64,000 nucleotides of DNA from Candidatus Dormibacteraceae bacterium. GTDB taxonomy: Bacteria > Chloroflexota > Dormibacteria > Dormibacterales > Dormibacteraceae. The notes under the pieces were generated by a model. The model was given only the letters and a program-made list of their open reading frames with translations. It was not told the origin of the DNA and made no database searches. A program made the position numbers and the translations under genes. Each line of letters begins with the position of its first letter. The stretch's first letter is position 1. The stretch covers positions 3,687 to 67,686 of the forward strand of contig JBGQGS010000001.1 in NCBI GenBank assembly GCA_041497555.1. Direction: 5' to 3'. Positions 17,947 to 28,032 of this stretch are shown here, in pieces.

Positions 17947-18918
17947 TCACGCAATTGACGGTCTCCTCGCCTCCCGCATCGAGGAGCCCGTACCACCGAA
18001 TCGCGCCGCGGTGATCTCGGCGAGTATGCCGAGCGCGGTCTCCTCCGCCCCGCGGCTTCCGAGGTCAAGACCGATCGGGCCATGGACGCGTGAGAGCTGC
18101 TCTTCGGTGAATCCTTCCGAGCGCAGCGCGTCGAACCGATTCTGGTTGGTCTTGCGGCTGCCGATCGCCCCGATGTAACCGGCGTCCTTCGTCAGCACGG
18201 AGCGCAGAGCGGGGAGATCGAATTTCGGATCGTGGGTCAGGATGACGACGTAGGACGAGTTGTCGATCGCGAGCCTCGCCATCGCCTCGTCGGGCCAGGC
18301 GACGATGAGCTCGTCGGCCTCCGGGAATCGCTCCTTGGTGGCGAACTTGGCGCGGGCGTCGACGACGGTGACTCGGTAACCCATCAACTTCGCGAGCCGG
18401 TGTAGCGGGACCGCGATATGGATCGCACCGATGATGATCAGATGAGCCGGGCGCCGGAACGGCTCCGTGAACACGTCGCCATCGCGATGGGCCAGCTCAG
18501 CGCCTGGTGGCGTTCCCTTGACCAGCTCCGCCTCGCCGGTGGTGAGGTTCGTCCGCAAAGTCGCCGGCTCATTCCTTTGAAGCATCGCAATCAGCTGTTG
18601 GTGCACCGGTCCGAGCGGTTGGACGAACACCTCGATGTGCCCGCCACACGCTAGGCCGACCTCGAAGGCGACGTCGTCCGCCACGCCAAACGCCGCCACC
18701 TTGGGTTCGCGGCTCTTCAGAACCTTCTGAGCCTCCTCGAAGACCGCGCCCTCGATGCAGCCGTTCGAGACTGAGCCTGCCATCTTGCCAGAACGAGTGA
18801 CCACCATCTTGGAGCCCAGCGGGCGAGGGCTCGAGCCCCATGTCTCGACGACGGTGGCGAGCGCGACGTCCTCGCCGGCCATGGTCCATTCGCTGACCTC
18901 TCCCAGAACCTCACGCAT
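17947..18918 (-). CDS. XdhC/CoxF-family molybdoenzyme maturation factor
   Basis: N-terminal XdhC_CoxI block (ALATVVETWGSSPRPLGSKMVV...GSVSNGCIEGAV) plus a Rossmann-like XdhC_C block (HLIIIGAIHIAVPL). Confidence 0.85.
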   Translation of the reverse strand: MREVLGEVSEWTMAGEDVALATVVETWGSSPRPLGSKMVVTRSGKMAGSVSNGCIEGAVFEEAQKVLKSREPKVAAFGVADDVAFEVGLACGGHIEVFVQPLGPVHQQLIAMLQRNEPATLRTNLTTGEAELVKGTPPGAELAHRDGDVFTEPFRRPAHLIIIGAIHIAVPLHRLAKLMGYRVTVVDARAKFATKERFPEADELIVAWPDEAMARLAIDNSSYVVILTHDPKFDLPALRSVLTKDAGYIGAIGSRKTNQNRFDALRSEGFTEEQLSRVHGPIGLDLGSRGAEETALGILAEITAARFGGTGSSMREARRPSIA

Positions 18919-18921
18919 CGA

Positions 18922-20085
18922 CTAGCGGCTCCTGGTCCGGCGGTCCAGGCCTGCAAGCAAGCGGCCCAGGTCTTCGAGCGCCTGCAGGTTGTGGGCGGCC
19001 AGAAAGTCGTCGCAGTGTGGGAGCGCGGCGGCCATGCCGCGAGTCAGCGGTTGGTATCCCTCTGAGCCCAGGAGTGGGTTGAGCCAGATCAACCGGTGGG
19101 CCGAACGGCGGAGGTGGATGAGCTCCGCCGTGAGCTTCGCCGGGTCCCCTCTGTCCCATCCGTCGCTGACGATGATCACCACCGCGCCGTGTCCCAGCAC
19201 GCGGCGAGCCCACTGACGGTTGAAATCCGCCAGCGCGTCCCCGATCCGCGTGCCTCCGCTGAAATCGTGAACGCCTTTGCTTACAGATTCGAGGGCGCGG
19301 TCCAGGTCCCGATAACGGAGCAGGCGCGTGATCCGCGTGAGGCGCGTGGAGAACACGAAAGCCTCCAGGTCCTCCCGGCGCGCGATCGCGTGCGCAAAGA
19401 TCATCAGCAGCCGCGAGTAACGCTCCATCGAACCGCTCACGTCGCAGATCAAGACGAGCGGCCGCCTCCGCACTCGTGGGCGCCGATGGAACAGCTGCAT
19501 CAGCTCGCCGCTTGATCGGATGGCGTGGCGCGCCGAGCGACGCAGGTCGATGCTGCCGGCTCGCGATGCACGCAGGCGGCGCGTCTTCCGCTCGGCGACA
19601 CGCCACCGCGCCTGCTCGAGCAGGCGTCGCACCTGCTCGGTCTCCTGCCAGGTCATCTGCTCGAAGTCCTTGTGCCGCAGGAGCTCCTCGGCGCTGTAGC
19701 CACTCGAGCTCGCGGGTACGGCCGTGGGCTCCTGCTCACGATTCATCTGCGAGCTGCTGAGCCCGAGGGCGTTCGCCCAGGCCTTGGCCCTTTCCGGGGA
19801 CAAGGGCAGCGACCGGCTGCGGCCGGGCAGCACGCCGGAGGACGCTCTCGGATCCGGAGGCGACCAGAAGATGTCGAAGGCCGCGTCGAACGTGGGGAGG
19901 TCCTCCTTGCGGCTCACGAACACCGAGCGAAGGGCGTTTCGGAAATCCGTCTGCTGCTTGAGGTCGATGTGGCCGAGCACGCGCGTCGCGTCGGTCAACC
20001 GCCGGGGACCGGCCTCCATTCCGGCGTCATGCAGCAGCCTCGCGAATGCCCCCAGCCGCGGCAGCAGATCCGGCCGGTCAGGCAC
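18922..20085 (-). CDS. coxE: VWA-domain protein, CoxE type
   Basis: MIDAS-containing VLICDVSGSM...VVIIVSDGWD. Overlaps the coxD stop by 8 nt. Confidence 0.85.
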   Translation of the reverse strand: MPDRPDLLPRLGAFARLLHDAGMEAGPRRLTDATRVLGHIDLKQQTDFRNALRSVFVSRKEDLPTFDAAFDIFWSPPDPRASSGVLPGRSRSLPLSPERAKAWANALGLSSSQMNREQEPTAVPASSSGYSAEELLRHKDFEQMTWQETEQVRRLLEQARWRVAERKTRRLRASRAGSIDLRRSARHAIRSSGELMQLFHRRPRVRRRPLVLICDVSGSMERYSRLLMIFAHAIARREDLEAFVFSTRLTRITRLLRYRDLDRALESVSKGVHDFSGGTRIGDALADFNRQWARRVLGHGAVVIIVSDGWDRGDPAKLTAELIHLRRSAHRLIWLNPLLGSEGYQPLTRGMAAALPHCDDFLAAHNLQALEDLGRLLAGLDRRTRSR

Positions 20086-20971
20086 CCCGCGCCTTCTCGA
20101 CCAGGGCGGGTACCTGCTCCCTCACGCGCTCCAGGTCCTCCTGGTACTTGAGGGCCGCGCCGATGGTCGCGTTGACCAGTGTCGAGTCGATGCGCGTCGC
20201 GCCCAGCGCGGCGAGCGAACGCGCCCAGTCCAGCGTCTCCGCGACCCCGGGCACCTTGTACAGATCCATTCCGCGCAAGCTCTGGACCAGAGCAGCCACT
20301 TCGCGCGCCAGGCCATCTGCGGCCTCAGGAGCGCGGGCGCGGACGATCTCGACCTCTTTTTCGAGGTCCGGGTAATCGATCCAGTGATAAAGGCAGCGCC
20401 GCTTGAGCGCATCGTGCACCTCGCGAGTCCTGTTTGACGTGATGACCACGAACGGGGTGCGTTTCGCCTTTATGGTGCCGATCTCGGGGATCGACACCTG
20501 GAAGTCCGACAGCAGCTCGAGCAGGAATGCCTCGAACTCTTCGTCGGAGCGGTCGATCTCGTCTATCAGCAGCACCGGCGGTGTCGGGTCGTCGTTGTCG
20601 ATGGCGTCGAGGAGCGGCCGGCGCAGCAGAAACTCGGCGCTGTAGATCTCGCGCTCGGCCACCCGGCGGTCCTCGCCGGCGTCCATCAGCCGGATATGCA
20701 GCAGCTGCCGCGGATAGTTCCACTCGTACACGGCATGGGCGAGGTCGATGCCCTCGTAGCACTGGAGGCGGATCAGCCGCGCGCCCAGCACATCGGCCAT
20801 GACCTTGGCCGCCTCTGTCTTGCCGACGCCTGCCTCGCCCTCTATGAAGAGTGGCTTTTCCAGCTTCAAGGCTAGGAAGATCGACGTGGCGAGGGCGCGG
20901 TCGCCGATGTACTTGCGCTCACGCAGGCGTGCCTCGACGTCCTCGATCGTGGTGAGAGAGCCCGCGGTCAC
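20078..20971 (-). CDS. coxD: MoxR-type AAA+ ATPase, CoxD type
   Basis: Walker A GEAGVGKT and Walker B LLIDEIDR. GTG start at 20971 chosen; an alternative ATG lies at 21019. Confidence 0.85.
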   Translation of the reverse strand: MTAGSLTTIEDVEARLRERKYIGDRALATSIFLALKLEKPLFIEGEAGVGKTEAAKVMADVLGARLIRLQCYEGIDLAHAVYEWNYPRQLLHIRLMDAGEDRRVAEREIYSAEFLLRRPLLDAIDNDDPTPPVLLIDEIDRSDEEFEAFLLELLSDFQVSIPEIGTIKAKRTPFVVITSNRTREVHDALKRRCLYHWIDYPDLEKEVEIVRARAPEAADGLAREVAALVQSLRGMDLYKVPGVAETLDWARSLAALGATRIDSTLVNATIGAALKYQEDLERVREQVPALVEKARGA

Positions 20972-21028
20972 ACGCAAAAGATTACGACCGGGGGTGGCTC
21001 GGCATTTGCACCGAGCCACCTCGCCGGG

Positions 21029-21835
21029 TCACTCCGCTTGTTCGATCGCTCGCTTGGTCAGCACTCGGGCCAGGTGCTTCTTGTACTCAGGGCTCGCGCG
21101 AAGGTCACCGGACGGATTGAGACCGTCCGACGCGTGCTGCGCCGCTTCCTCCGGTTTGGCGCCCTTGTGCAGGGCCTCCTCGACCGCCTTGGCACGGACC
21201 GGTGTCGGTCCCACGTTGGTCAGCCCGATTCGCCAGCCGCCGTTCATCTTCTGGGCCGCCGCGCCGACGATCGCCCAGTCGAAAAGACGGCGCCGGAACT
21301 TGATGTACTTGTGCGGGCCGTTCGCCACCGGGAAGACGACCTCGATGACGATCTCGTCTGCCGAAAGCGGCGTCGTGAACAGGTCCTTGAAGAAATCCTT
21401 GGCCGCGATCGTCCGCCGGTTGGTGACGATCTCGGCGTCGAGCATCAGGGCGATGGTCGGGTAGTCGCCTGCCGCGTCCGCGTGCGCGATCGCACCTCCC
21501 ATCGTGCCCATGTTGCGCACCTGGTTGTCGCCGATCTCGCTCGCCACCTCGGCGAGGATCGGCAGCTTGTCTTTGACCACGGCTGAGTTCTGGATCGTCA
21601 CGTGGCGGGTCAACGCGCCGATGTGAAGCTTCGATCCGCCTTCTTTGATGTGGTCGAGATCTTTGATGCCGTTGATGTCGATGAGGGCTTTGGGCTGGGC
21701 GAGGCGGAGGCGCATGAGCGGGATCAGGCTGTGCCCGCCCGCCAGCACCTTGGCGTCCTCGCCGTACTTTTTCAGCAGCTTCGAGGCCTCCTCGACGGAG
21801 GAGGCACGAGCGTATTCGAATGCGGCCGGGATCAC
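21029..21835 (-). CDS. coxM: molybdopterin dehydrogenase FAD-binding medium subunit (CoxM-like)
   Basis: MIPAAFEY...VLAGGHSLIPLMRLRL is typical of the FAD_binding_5 / CO_deh_flav_C family. The GTG start overlaps the large-subunit stop (GTGA). Confidence 0.9.
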   Translation of the reverse strand: MIPAAFEYARASSVEEASKLLKKYGEDAKVLAGGHSLIPLMRLRLAQPKALIDINGIKDLDHIKEGGSKLHIGALTRHVTIQNSAVVKDKLPILAEVASEIGDNQVRNMGTMGGAIAHADAAGDYPTIALMLDAEIVTNRRTIAAKDFFKDLFTTPLSADEIVIEVVFPVANGPHKYIKFRRRLFDWAIVGAAAQKMNGGWRIGLTNVGPTPVRAKAVEEALHKGAKPEEAAQHASDGLNPSGDLRASPEYKKHLARVLTKRAIEQAE

Positions 21836-24201
21836 TTGCGGGCCTCCTTTCCATTGGTGGACGCCCCGCGTGCTCGATGTATCTGCTGCCAGAGTCGGTC
21901 GGGGCTAGCGGGCATGTCAACGTGCTTGATGCCGAGTGGTGACAGCGCGTCGCAGATCGCGTTGATGACGGCGGGACTCGCCGCGATCGTACCGGCCTCG
22001 CCGATGCCCTTTGCGCCCAGGGGGTTGGTCGTCGACGGCGTGACGGTGCGGTCGACCTCGAGATGCGGGATTTCGGTGATTCCAGGGATGCTGTAATCGA
22101 GGAGCGTGCCAGTCCTGAGCTGGCCTGTCTCCGGATCGTGGGCGACCTCCTCGAAGAGCGCCTGGGCGATGCCCTGCACCACGCCGCCGTGCACCTGGCC
22201 CTCGACGATCATTGGGTTGATCACATTGCCGCAATCGTCGACTGCGACATAACGCTGAAGTTCAACGGCCCCGGTTTCTGGGTCAACCTCGACGACGCAA
22301 ACATGCGTGCCGAATGGCCAGGACAGATCCGGTGGATCGTAATAGGTGACCGCCTCCAGCCCATGTTCCATACCTTGTGGCAGATTGTCTCGATAGGCGG
22401 CAAAGGCAACCTCGCCCATGGTCTTGGCTTTGTCCGGACTGCCCTTCACATAGAAACGGCCCTGGTCGAAAGCTACGTCCTCATCTGAGGCCTCGAGCAT
22501 GTGCGCGGCAAGCTTCCGCGCTTTCTCGACCACCTTGCGGCACGACATCAACACGGCGCTGCCACCGACGTGCAGGCTTCGACTGCCATAGGTCCCATAG
22601 CCAAATGGAGTGTCTCCCGTATCGCCCGTACGCACGTCGATGGCGTCGTATGGGAGGCCGAGCGTATCCGCCGCGATCTGCGCAAACGTGGTGGCGTGGC
22701 CCTGCCCGTGAGGGCTGGTCCCGACATACACCGTCGCGGACCCGGTCGGATGCAGACGCACCGACGATGTTTCCACCAGGGCTAGCGGCTCATTGGCTGC
22801 GGTTATCGCGCTCGGCCCGAACCCGCAGGCCTCGATCCAGGTCGAGAGCCCGATGCCTAGGTAGCGCCCCTTCGAGCGAAGCTCCTTCTGACGTTGCCGT
22901 AGAGCGTCATAGCCGATCGTCCCCAGCGCTTTGGTCAGCGCCTTGTCGTAGTCGCCGGTGTCGTACGTGAGCCCGAGGTAGTTGGTGTGCGGGAACTCCT
23001 TGGTGAAGTTCTTGCGCCGGATCTCGGCCGGATCCATGCCGATCTCGCGCGCCACGAGGTCGATGCCTCGCTCAATGGCATGCGTCGCCTCAGGCCGCCC
23101 GGCACCTCGATAGGCATCTGTCGGGGTTGTGTTGGTCAAGATGCCGACGGTTTGGAACTTGACATTCTTCAAGTCGTAGGCGCCGGCGGCGACTGCGTAT
23201 GCCGAGCACATGAAAGAGCTGAAGACGCTCACATATGCCCCGGTGTCGACGTACTGCCGCACCTTGTAGCCGAGAAGGGTGCCATCTTTCTTGGCGGCGA
23301 CCTCGATGTCGAAGATCTGGGCTCGGCCGTGATGCGTGGCCTGGAGGTTTTCGCTGCGACCTTCGACCCACTTGACCGGGCGGCCAGTGAGCTTGGACGC
23401 CGCTGCGGCCAGGTATTCCTCGGGGTAGATGTGGATCTTGCTCCCGAATCCGCCGCCCACGTCCGGCGCCACGACCCGGATGTTGCTCTCAGGGATCCCC
23501 ATGGCAAGGGTGAGGCACAGGCGGACCCAATGAGGAACCTGTGACGACGTCCACATCGTCAGCCGGTTCTCGAACGGGGTGTAGTCGACCACTACAGCTC
23601 GACCCTCCATGGCGATCGGGAAGAGCCGCTGCTGAAGGATCCTTTCTTTGACGACGACGTCAGCGTGCGCGAAGGCTGTATCGACGTCGCCACCCGCAAC
23701 AGTCATATCCCAGGCGACGTTGTCTGGGATCCCGGTGTGCGCTGTCGGACTCTTCGGCTCGAGCGCTTTGTCGAGGTCGACCACTGCCGGCAGCGGTTCA
23801 AAGTCCACGCTCACCAGCAATGCGGCGTCGGCGGCCTGGTACTTGTCCTGGGCCACTACAACGGCGACGATCTCCCCGTGATAGCGGGCCTCGTCCTTCG
23901 CAATGTAGGCCCAACCGATTGGCTGCTTTTTGTCGGGGACGAAAGAGTTGGTCACCGGTATTGCACCCTGCAGCAAGCCATCGAAGTCGCGGGCTGTGTA
24001 GACCGCAACCACGCCGGGAGCTTTGGCCGCATCGGTGAGCTCGATGCTCTTGATCCGGGCGTGCCCGTGAGGGCTGCGGACGAATGCTATGTGCAGCATG
24101 CCGTTGAGCGTCATGTCATCGACGTAGTGGCCGCGTCCAGTGATCAACCGCGGGTCCTCGCGGCGGTGGATCTTGGCTCCGATCATGGTCGTTACTGCCA
24201 T
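21832..24201 (-). CDS. form-II CoxL-like molybdopterin-binding large subunit (xanthine dehydrogenase family)
   Basis: Start at ATG 24201 with GAGGAG upstream. N-terminus IHRREDPRLITGRGHYVDD. The active-site loop reads AYRGAGR (23095-23115), which is the form-II signature, not the form-I AYXCSFR. Confidence 0.9.
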   Translation of the reverse strand: MAVTTMIGAKIHRREDPRLITGRGHYVDDMTLNGMLHIAFVRSPHGHARIKSIELTDAAKAPGVVAVYTARDFDGLLQGAIPVTNSFVPDKKQPIGWAYIAKDEARYHGEIVAVVVAQDKYQAADAALLVSVDFEPLPAVVDLDKALEPKSPTAHTGIPDNVAWDMTVAGGDVDTAFAHADVVVKERILQQRLFPIAMEGRAVVVDYTPFENRLTMWTSSQVPHWVRLCLTLAMGIPESNIRVVAPDVGGGFGSKIHIYPEEYLAAAASKLTGRPVKWVEGRSENLQATHHGRAQIFDIEVAAKKDGTLLGYKVRQYVDTGAYVSVFSSFMCSAYAVAAGAYDLKNVKFQTVGILTNTTPTDAYRGAGRPEATHAIERGIDLVAREIGMDPAEIRRKNFTKEFPHTNYLGLTYDTGDYDKALTKALGTIGYDALRQRQKELRSKGRYLGIGLSTWIEACGFGPSAITAANEPLALVETSSVRLHPTGSATVYVGTSPHGQGHATTFAQIAADTLGLPYDAIDVRTGDTGDTPFGYGTYGSRSLHVGGSAVLMSCRKVVEKARKLAAHMLEASDEDVAFDQGRFYVKGSPDKAKTMGEVAFAAYRDNLPQGMEHGLEAVTYYDPPDLSWPFGTHVCVVEVDPETGAVELQRYVAVDDCGNVINPMIVEGQVHGGVVQGIAQALFEEVAHDPETGQLRTGTLLDYSIPGITEIPHLEVDRTVTPSTTNPLGAKGIGEAGTIAASPAVINAICDALSPLGIKHVDMPASPDRLWQQIHRARGASTNGKEARK

Positions 24202-24205
24202 TGCC

Positions 24206-24721
24206 TCAGCTCCTCTTCGCGGCGGCTTGGTGCTCGCCTGCCTTGGCCTTCGACCCATCCATCGCCTTCGCCGCCGACTGGACTGACTTGATGATGTTCA
24301 CGTAGCCCGTACACCGGCAGAGGTTGCCTTCGAGGCCTCTGCGGATCTCGTCCTCGGTCGGGTTCGGGTTTTGCGACAACAGGTACGCCGCGGCCATGAT
24401 GAACCCGGGCGTGCAATAACCGCACTGAAGGCCGTGCTCGTCCCAGAACGCCTGTTGCAGCGGGTGCAGCTCCCCATCCTTGGCCATGCCCTCGATCGTC
24501 GTGAGGTTCTTGCCTTCCGCCTGGACGGCGAACATCGTGCAGCTCTTGACGGCCTGTCCGTCGACGAGGATCGTGCACGCGCCGCACTGGCTCGTATCGC
24601 ACCCGATGTGGGTGCCAGTGAGTCCGACTACGTCGCGCAAATAGTGCACGAGCAGAAGCCGCGACTCGACCTCATGCTCATGCTTGTGGCCGTTGACGGT
24701 GGTCGATACCTTGTGCTTCAT
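24206..24721 (-). CDS. coxS: (2Fe-2S)-binding small subunit (CoxS-like)
   Basis: Contains [15 protein letters not shown] and [11 protein letters not shown]...CRCTGY cluster motifs. Confidence 0.95.
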   Translation of the reverse strand: MKHKVSTTVNGHKHEHEVESRLLLVHYLRDVVGLTGTHIGCDTSQCGACTILVDGQAVKSCTMFAVQAEGKNLTTIEGMAKDGELHPLQQAFWDEHGLQCGYCTPGFIMAAAYLLSQNPNPTEDEIRRGLEGNLCRCTGYVNIIKSVQSAAKAMDGSKAKAGEHQAAAKRS

Positions 24722-24897
24722 ACGCTCCTCCTAATCCCCTCCCCGGTGGGCCTTGCGGCGCCGGGAGCATCGACTCGGGCGCGAGCCCATTCGGTCGACC
24801 AGGCGGTCTCGCAGTCAGACGCGTGGCGGGCCAAAACTCGCACCCTCGTGAACCAGCCGAAGGCGAACCTCATTATTGCGCTACTTTTAGCGCCGAA

Positions 24898-25485
24898 ATG
24901 CAACTAGAAAATTCCTTCAGCGTCGCGGCACCCCCCGACCGCGTGTTCGCCTACCTCCTCGACATCAACAAGGTCGTGGGCTGCGTTCCGGGCGCGGAAC
25001 TCTCTGAGGTCGTGGATCCGACCACGTTCAAGGGCAAGGTCAAGGTGAAGGTGGGCCCGATCATGGTCGCCTATAACGGCACGGCGCGGATCGCCGACCG
25101 CAATGACACGCAGCGCTCGGCCACGCTCGAGGCTGAGGGACGTGAGACGACCGGGCCGGGCTCCGCGCGGGCGAAGGCCCTGATGACAGTGGAAGCCGAC
25201 GGCGCGGGATCGATGGTCAAGATCGTGACGGACTACAGCGTGGCCGGGCGAGTGGCTCAGTTCGGGCGGGGCGTGATGGAAGACGTCTCCCGCCGGATCG
25301 TCAACGACATGGCGGCGTGCATCAAGGCAAACGTGGAGGCGGCCGAGCCGGCGTCGGGCGGCGGCGGTGGCGCCTCGGGGATTCCTTCGGAACCCGTCAC
25401 GGCCAAGCCGGTCAACGCGCTGAGCCTTTTCTTCCAGGTCCTCTGGACCGGGATCAGGCGTCTCTTTGGCGCCAAGGCCTCGTAA
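24898..25485 (+). CDS. coxG: SRPBCC-fold CoxG-family protein
   Basis: Starts MQLENSFSVAAPPDRVFAYLLDINKVVGCVPGAE. Hydrophobic C-terminal tail. Divergent from coxS. Confidence 0.85.
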   Translation: MQLENSFSVAAPPDRVFAYLLDINKVVGCVPGAELSEVVDPTTFKGKVKVKVGPIMVAYNGTARIADRNDTQRSATLEAEGRETTGPGSARAKALMTVEADGAGSMVKIVTDYSVAGRVAQFGRGVMEDVSRRIVNDMAACIKANVEAAEPASGGGGGASGIPSEPVTAKPVNALSLFFQVLWTGIRRLFGAKAS

Positions 25486-25499
25486 GGCCTCACCCCGCG

Positions 25500-26012
25500 T
25501 CAGCCCAGGTACAGTGCCAGCATGTGGTCCCGGTTGACCAGGATCGAAGGCTGCGTCCAGCTCTTGCCGGTCACACCGAAGACGGTGATGGTGACGTCAA
25601 TCACCGGGAAGAACCGGGATTTCAGCAGGATCTCGTTGTGCATGGCAGGCTCGGTGGCCTTCGGGAACTCGGCCGCGCCGGTGACCATGAACGTGTCCGC
25701 CTGGTACATGACGTAGCGCCGGACCATCTCCATCACCTGGTCCGGAGGCGGCGGCTCGGGTTCGATGGTGCGGATCCCGCCGATCATGGCTTTGCTGAAC
25801 AGGCCCTCCGGCACCCCGTTCAGGCCGACGGCGCCGGGAAGGAGAGGCTCGGCGCTCACGTTGCGCAGATGGAACAGGGGCTCGGGGTCGTTGATCGTCT
25901 CCCGCAGACGTCCTCGGACCTGGATTTCGGCGGTGATCCGCTGATATGAGGTCAGCACGTCAACCTTGCTCCACGTAACCGCCAGGTTGAGCGCACCAGT
26001 GGTCGGCGACAT
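25500..26012 (-). CDS. hypothetical protein
   Basis: Long ORF with normal, non-shadow amino-acid composition. I chose the internal ATG (MSPTTGAL...) to avoid overlapping the amidase start. No family recognised. Confidence 0.5.
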   Translation of the reverse strand: MSPTTGALNLAVTWSKVDVLTSYQRITAEIQVRGRLRETINDPEPLFHLRNVSAEPLLPGAVGLNGVPEGLFSKAMIGGIRTIEPEPPPPDQVMEMVRRYVMYQADTFMVTGAAEFPKATEPAMHNEILLKSRFFPVIDVTITVFGVTGKSWTQPSILVNRDHMLALYLG

Positions 26013-26062
26013 CAGCGCCGAGGATAACTCCCCGGAACCTTCAGACACCTGAGAATTGGCCC

Positions 26063-27214
26063 ATGGAGTTGCGGGAGGCACGCCGGCGGATCGAGGAGCG
26101 TGCCGAGCTTTGCGCCTTCATCTCGACCTCGTCCGAAGAAGGCGCGGGGACGGTGGTCGCGGTCAAGGATCTGGTGGATGTCGCGGGCATGGTCACGACG
26201 GCCGGCGGGATCATCCTTTCGAACGCACCTGCCGAGCACGACGCGGCTGTGATTCAGCGCATCCGCCGCGCAGGCTGCCTGGTCGTCGGCAAGACCAACC
26301 TGCACGAGTTCGCGTTCGGCGTGACCAGCGTCAACCCCCATTACGGGACCGTTCGCAACCCGCTCGACCCGAGCCGCGTGGCGGGTGGATCGTCGGGCGG
26401 CTCGGCGGTGGCGGTGGCCGCGGGCATGTGCGACTGGGCGATCGGCAGCGACACCGGCGGCTCGATCCGCATTCCGGGGTCGCTGTGCGGCGTGGCGGGA
26501 TTCAAGCCGGCGCTCGGGAGCGTCGACCTCACCGGGGTCGTCCCCCTCAGCTGGTCGCTCGATACGCTGGGCCCCATGGCGGTAGACGTCGCCACCGCCG
26601 CGCGCGCGTTCTCAATCATGTCCGGAGAGCTCGTTCCCACGGGATACCTCGACAGGCCGCGACTCGCGGTACCCGCCGGCTGGATCACCGACCTGGATGA
26701 GCCGACCGAACGCGCGTGGAGCCTCGTCTCCGATGGTGTGCCAGAGATCGAATTCGTGGATCGCGACCGGCTCTTCCGCGCCGGGCTGACCATCCTCCTG
26801 GTCGAGGCTGCGACCTATCACCGCCGATGGGCCGACGAATTCCCCGAGAAGTACGGCGCGGACGTCCTCGGCCATATTCGTCGCGGGCTGGGCATCCTTG
26901 CGGTCGACTTCGAGGAGGCCCTCCGGGAGCGGTCACGCCTCCAAGAGGGGGCGGCGCGCGCCATGGAAGGAGTCGACGCGCTGCTGCTGCCCGCGACCGC
27001 GATCGTGGCCCCTCTGGTCGACGCCGGAAACGAGGTGCGAGAGCCCCTCTCGCGATTCACGCGTCCTTTCAACACGACCGGCCAACCGGTCGTCGTGCTC
27101 CCGGCGCCGGTGCTCGGGCTGCCGGTCGGCATTCAGGTGGTCGGGCACACCAACGCGGACGCGCTCCGGGTCGCAATGTGGCTTGAGCGAGAGTGGCAGA
27201 ACCTCAGTCCGTGA
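26063..27214 (+). CDS. amidase-signature family amidase
   Basis: Contains GGSSGGSAVAVAAG and GSDTGGSIRIPG. Confidence 0.9.
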   Translation: MELREARRRIEERAELCAFISTSSEEGAGTVVAVKDLVDVAGMVTTAGGIILSNAPAEHDAAVIQRIRRAGCLVVGKTNLHEFAFGVTSVNPHYGTVRNPLDPSRVAGGSSGGSAVAVAAGMCDWAIGSDTGGSIRIPGSLCGVAGFKPALGSVDLTGVVPLSWSLDTLGPMAVDVATAARAFSIMSGELVPTGYLDRPRLAVPAGWITDLDEPTERAWSLVSDGVPEIEFVDRDRLFRAGLTILLVEAATYHRRWADEFPEKYGADVLGHIRRGLGILAVDFEEALRERSRLQEGAARAMEGVDALLLPATAIVAPLVDAGNEVREPLSRFTRPFNTTGQPVVVLPAPVLGLPVGIQVVGHTNADALRVAMWLEREWQNLSP

Positions 27215-28032
27215 AGTCCAAGCAGCTGTACCCAGGCGTGTTCAGCCGGCACGCGCTCGCCTATCAAGACCGCCTTGAGCAGGTCATGGCGCGGGGGGAA
27301 GCGCTGGGCAGGCTACGAGTCCTCGAGCTGGTCGACGCGCAACCCGGCATGCGCGTCCTGGACCTCGCATGCGGGCCCGGAACGCTGAGCCGGCCCCTCG
27401 CGCAGAAGGTCCGGCCCGGCGGCGAGGTGGTCGGCGTGGACCTGGCGCCCGGGATGATCGAGCTTGCCAGGGCGGCCGAAACTCCCAATGCGCGCTTCGA
27501 AGTGATGGACATCGAGCAGCTGTCATTTGCTGACGCGTCATTCGATGCTGCCGCCTGCGGCCATGGCATTCAGTTCGTGCCCGAGCTGGCCGTCGCGCTT
27601 CGTGAAGCTCGACGCGTGCTTCGCCCAGGGGGGAGGTTCGCCGCGAGCGTCCCGGTCGGATCGACCATGGATTCGGTGTGGTCGGTCCTCGACGCGGTCG
27701 TCGATCGATGGCTCGCGCCCGCCCAGGCGGCGGTCGACCAGCAACCCACTCGCGACGCCGTCGCCGACGTGGAGAAGTTTGCGCGGGCTGCTCTCGGCGC
27801 AGGCTTCGCGTCTGCCGACGTTGAGGTGATCGACGAGAAGGTGAGGTGGGCGTCGGCCGAGCAGCTCGTGTCGATGTTCACCAGCTGGTGGGACTGCGCG
27901 ACCCGGCTGGAAGGGGTCGACGCGGACCGCCGTGAGAGGTTCATGGAAGAGGCGATCGAGACGCTTCGGCGCACGCATCCGGGCGTGATCGAAACCACCG
28001 GACGGAACCACGTGCTGTTCGCCATCGTTTGA
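27211..28032 (+). CDS. class I SAM-dependent methyltransferase
   Basis: Motif I VLDLACGPGTL. The GTG start overlaps the amidase stop (GTGA); an alternative GTG lies at 27193. Confidence 0.85.
   Translation: MKSKQLYPGVFSRHALAYQDRLEQVMARGEALGRLRVLELVDAQPGMRVLDLACGPGTLSRPLAQKVRPGGEVVGVDLAPGMIELARAAETPNARFEVMDIEQLSFADASFDAAACGHGIQFVPELAVALREARRVLRPGGRFAASVPVGSTMDSVWSVLDAVVDRWLAPAQAAVDQQPTRDAVADVEKFARAALGAGFASADVEVIDEKVRWASAEQLVSMFTSWWDCATRLEGVDADRRERFMEEAIETLRRTHPGVIETTGRNHVLFAIV

Noticed and set aside
20972-21019. Upstream ATG (21019) as the coxD start
   Set aside because: The added residues (MARCKCRATPGRNLLR) look non-native. GTG 20971 gives a MoxR-typical N-terminal length. Kept as an alternative only.
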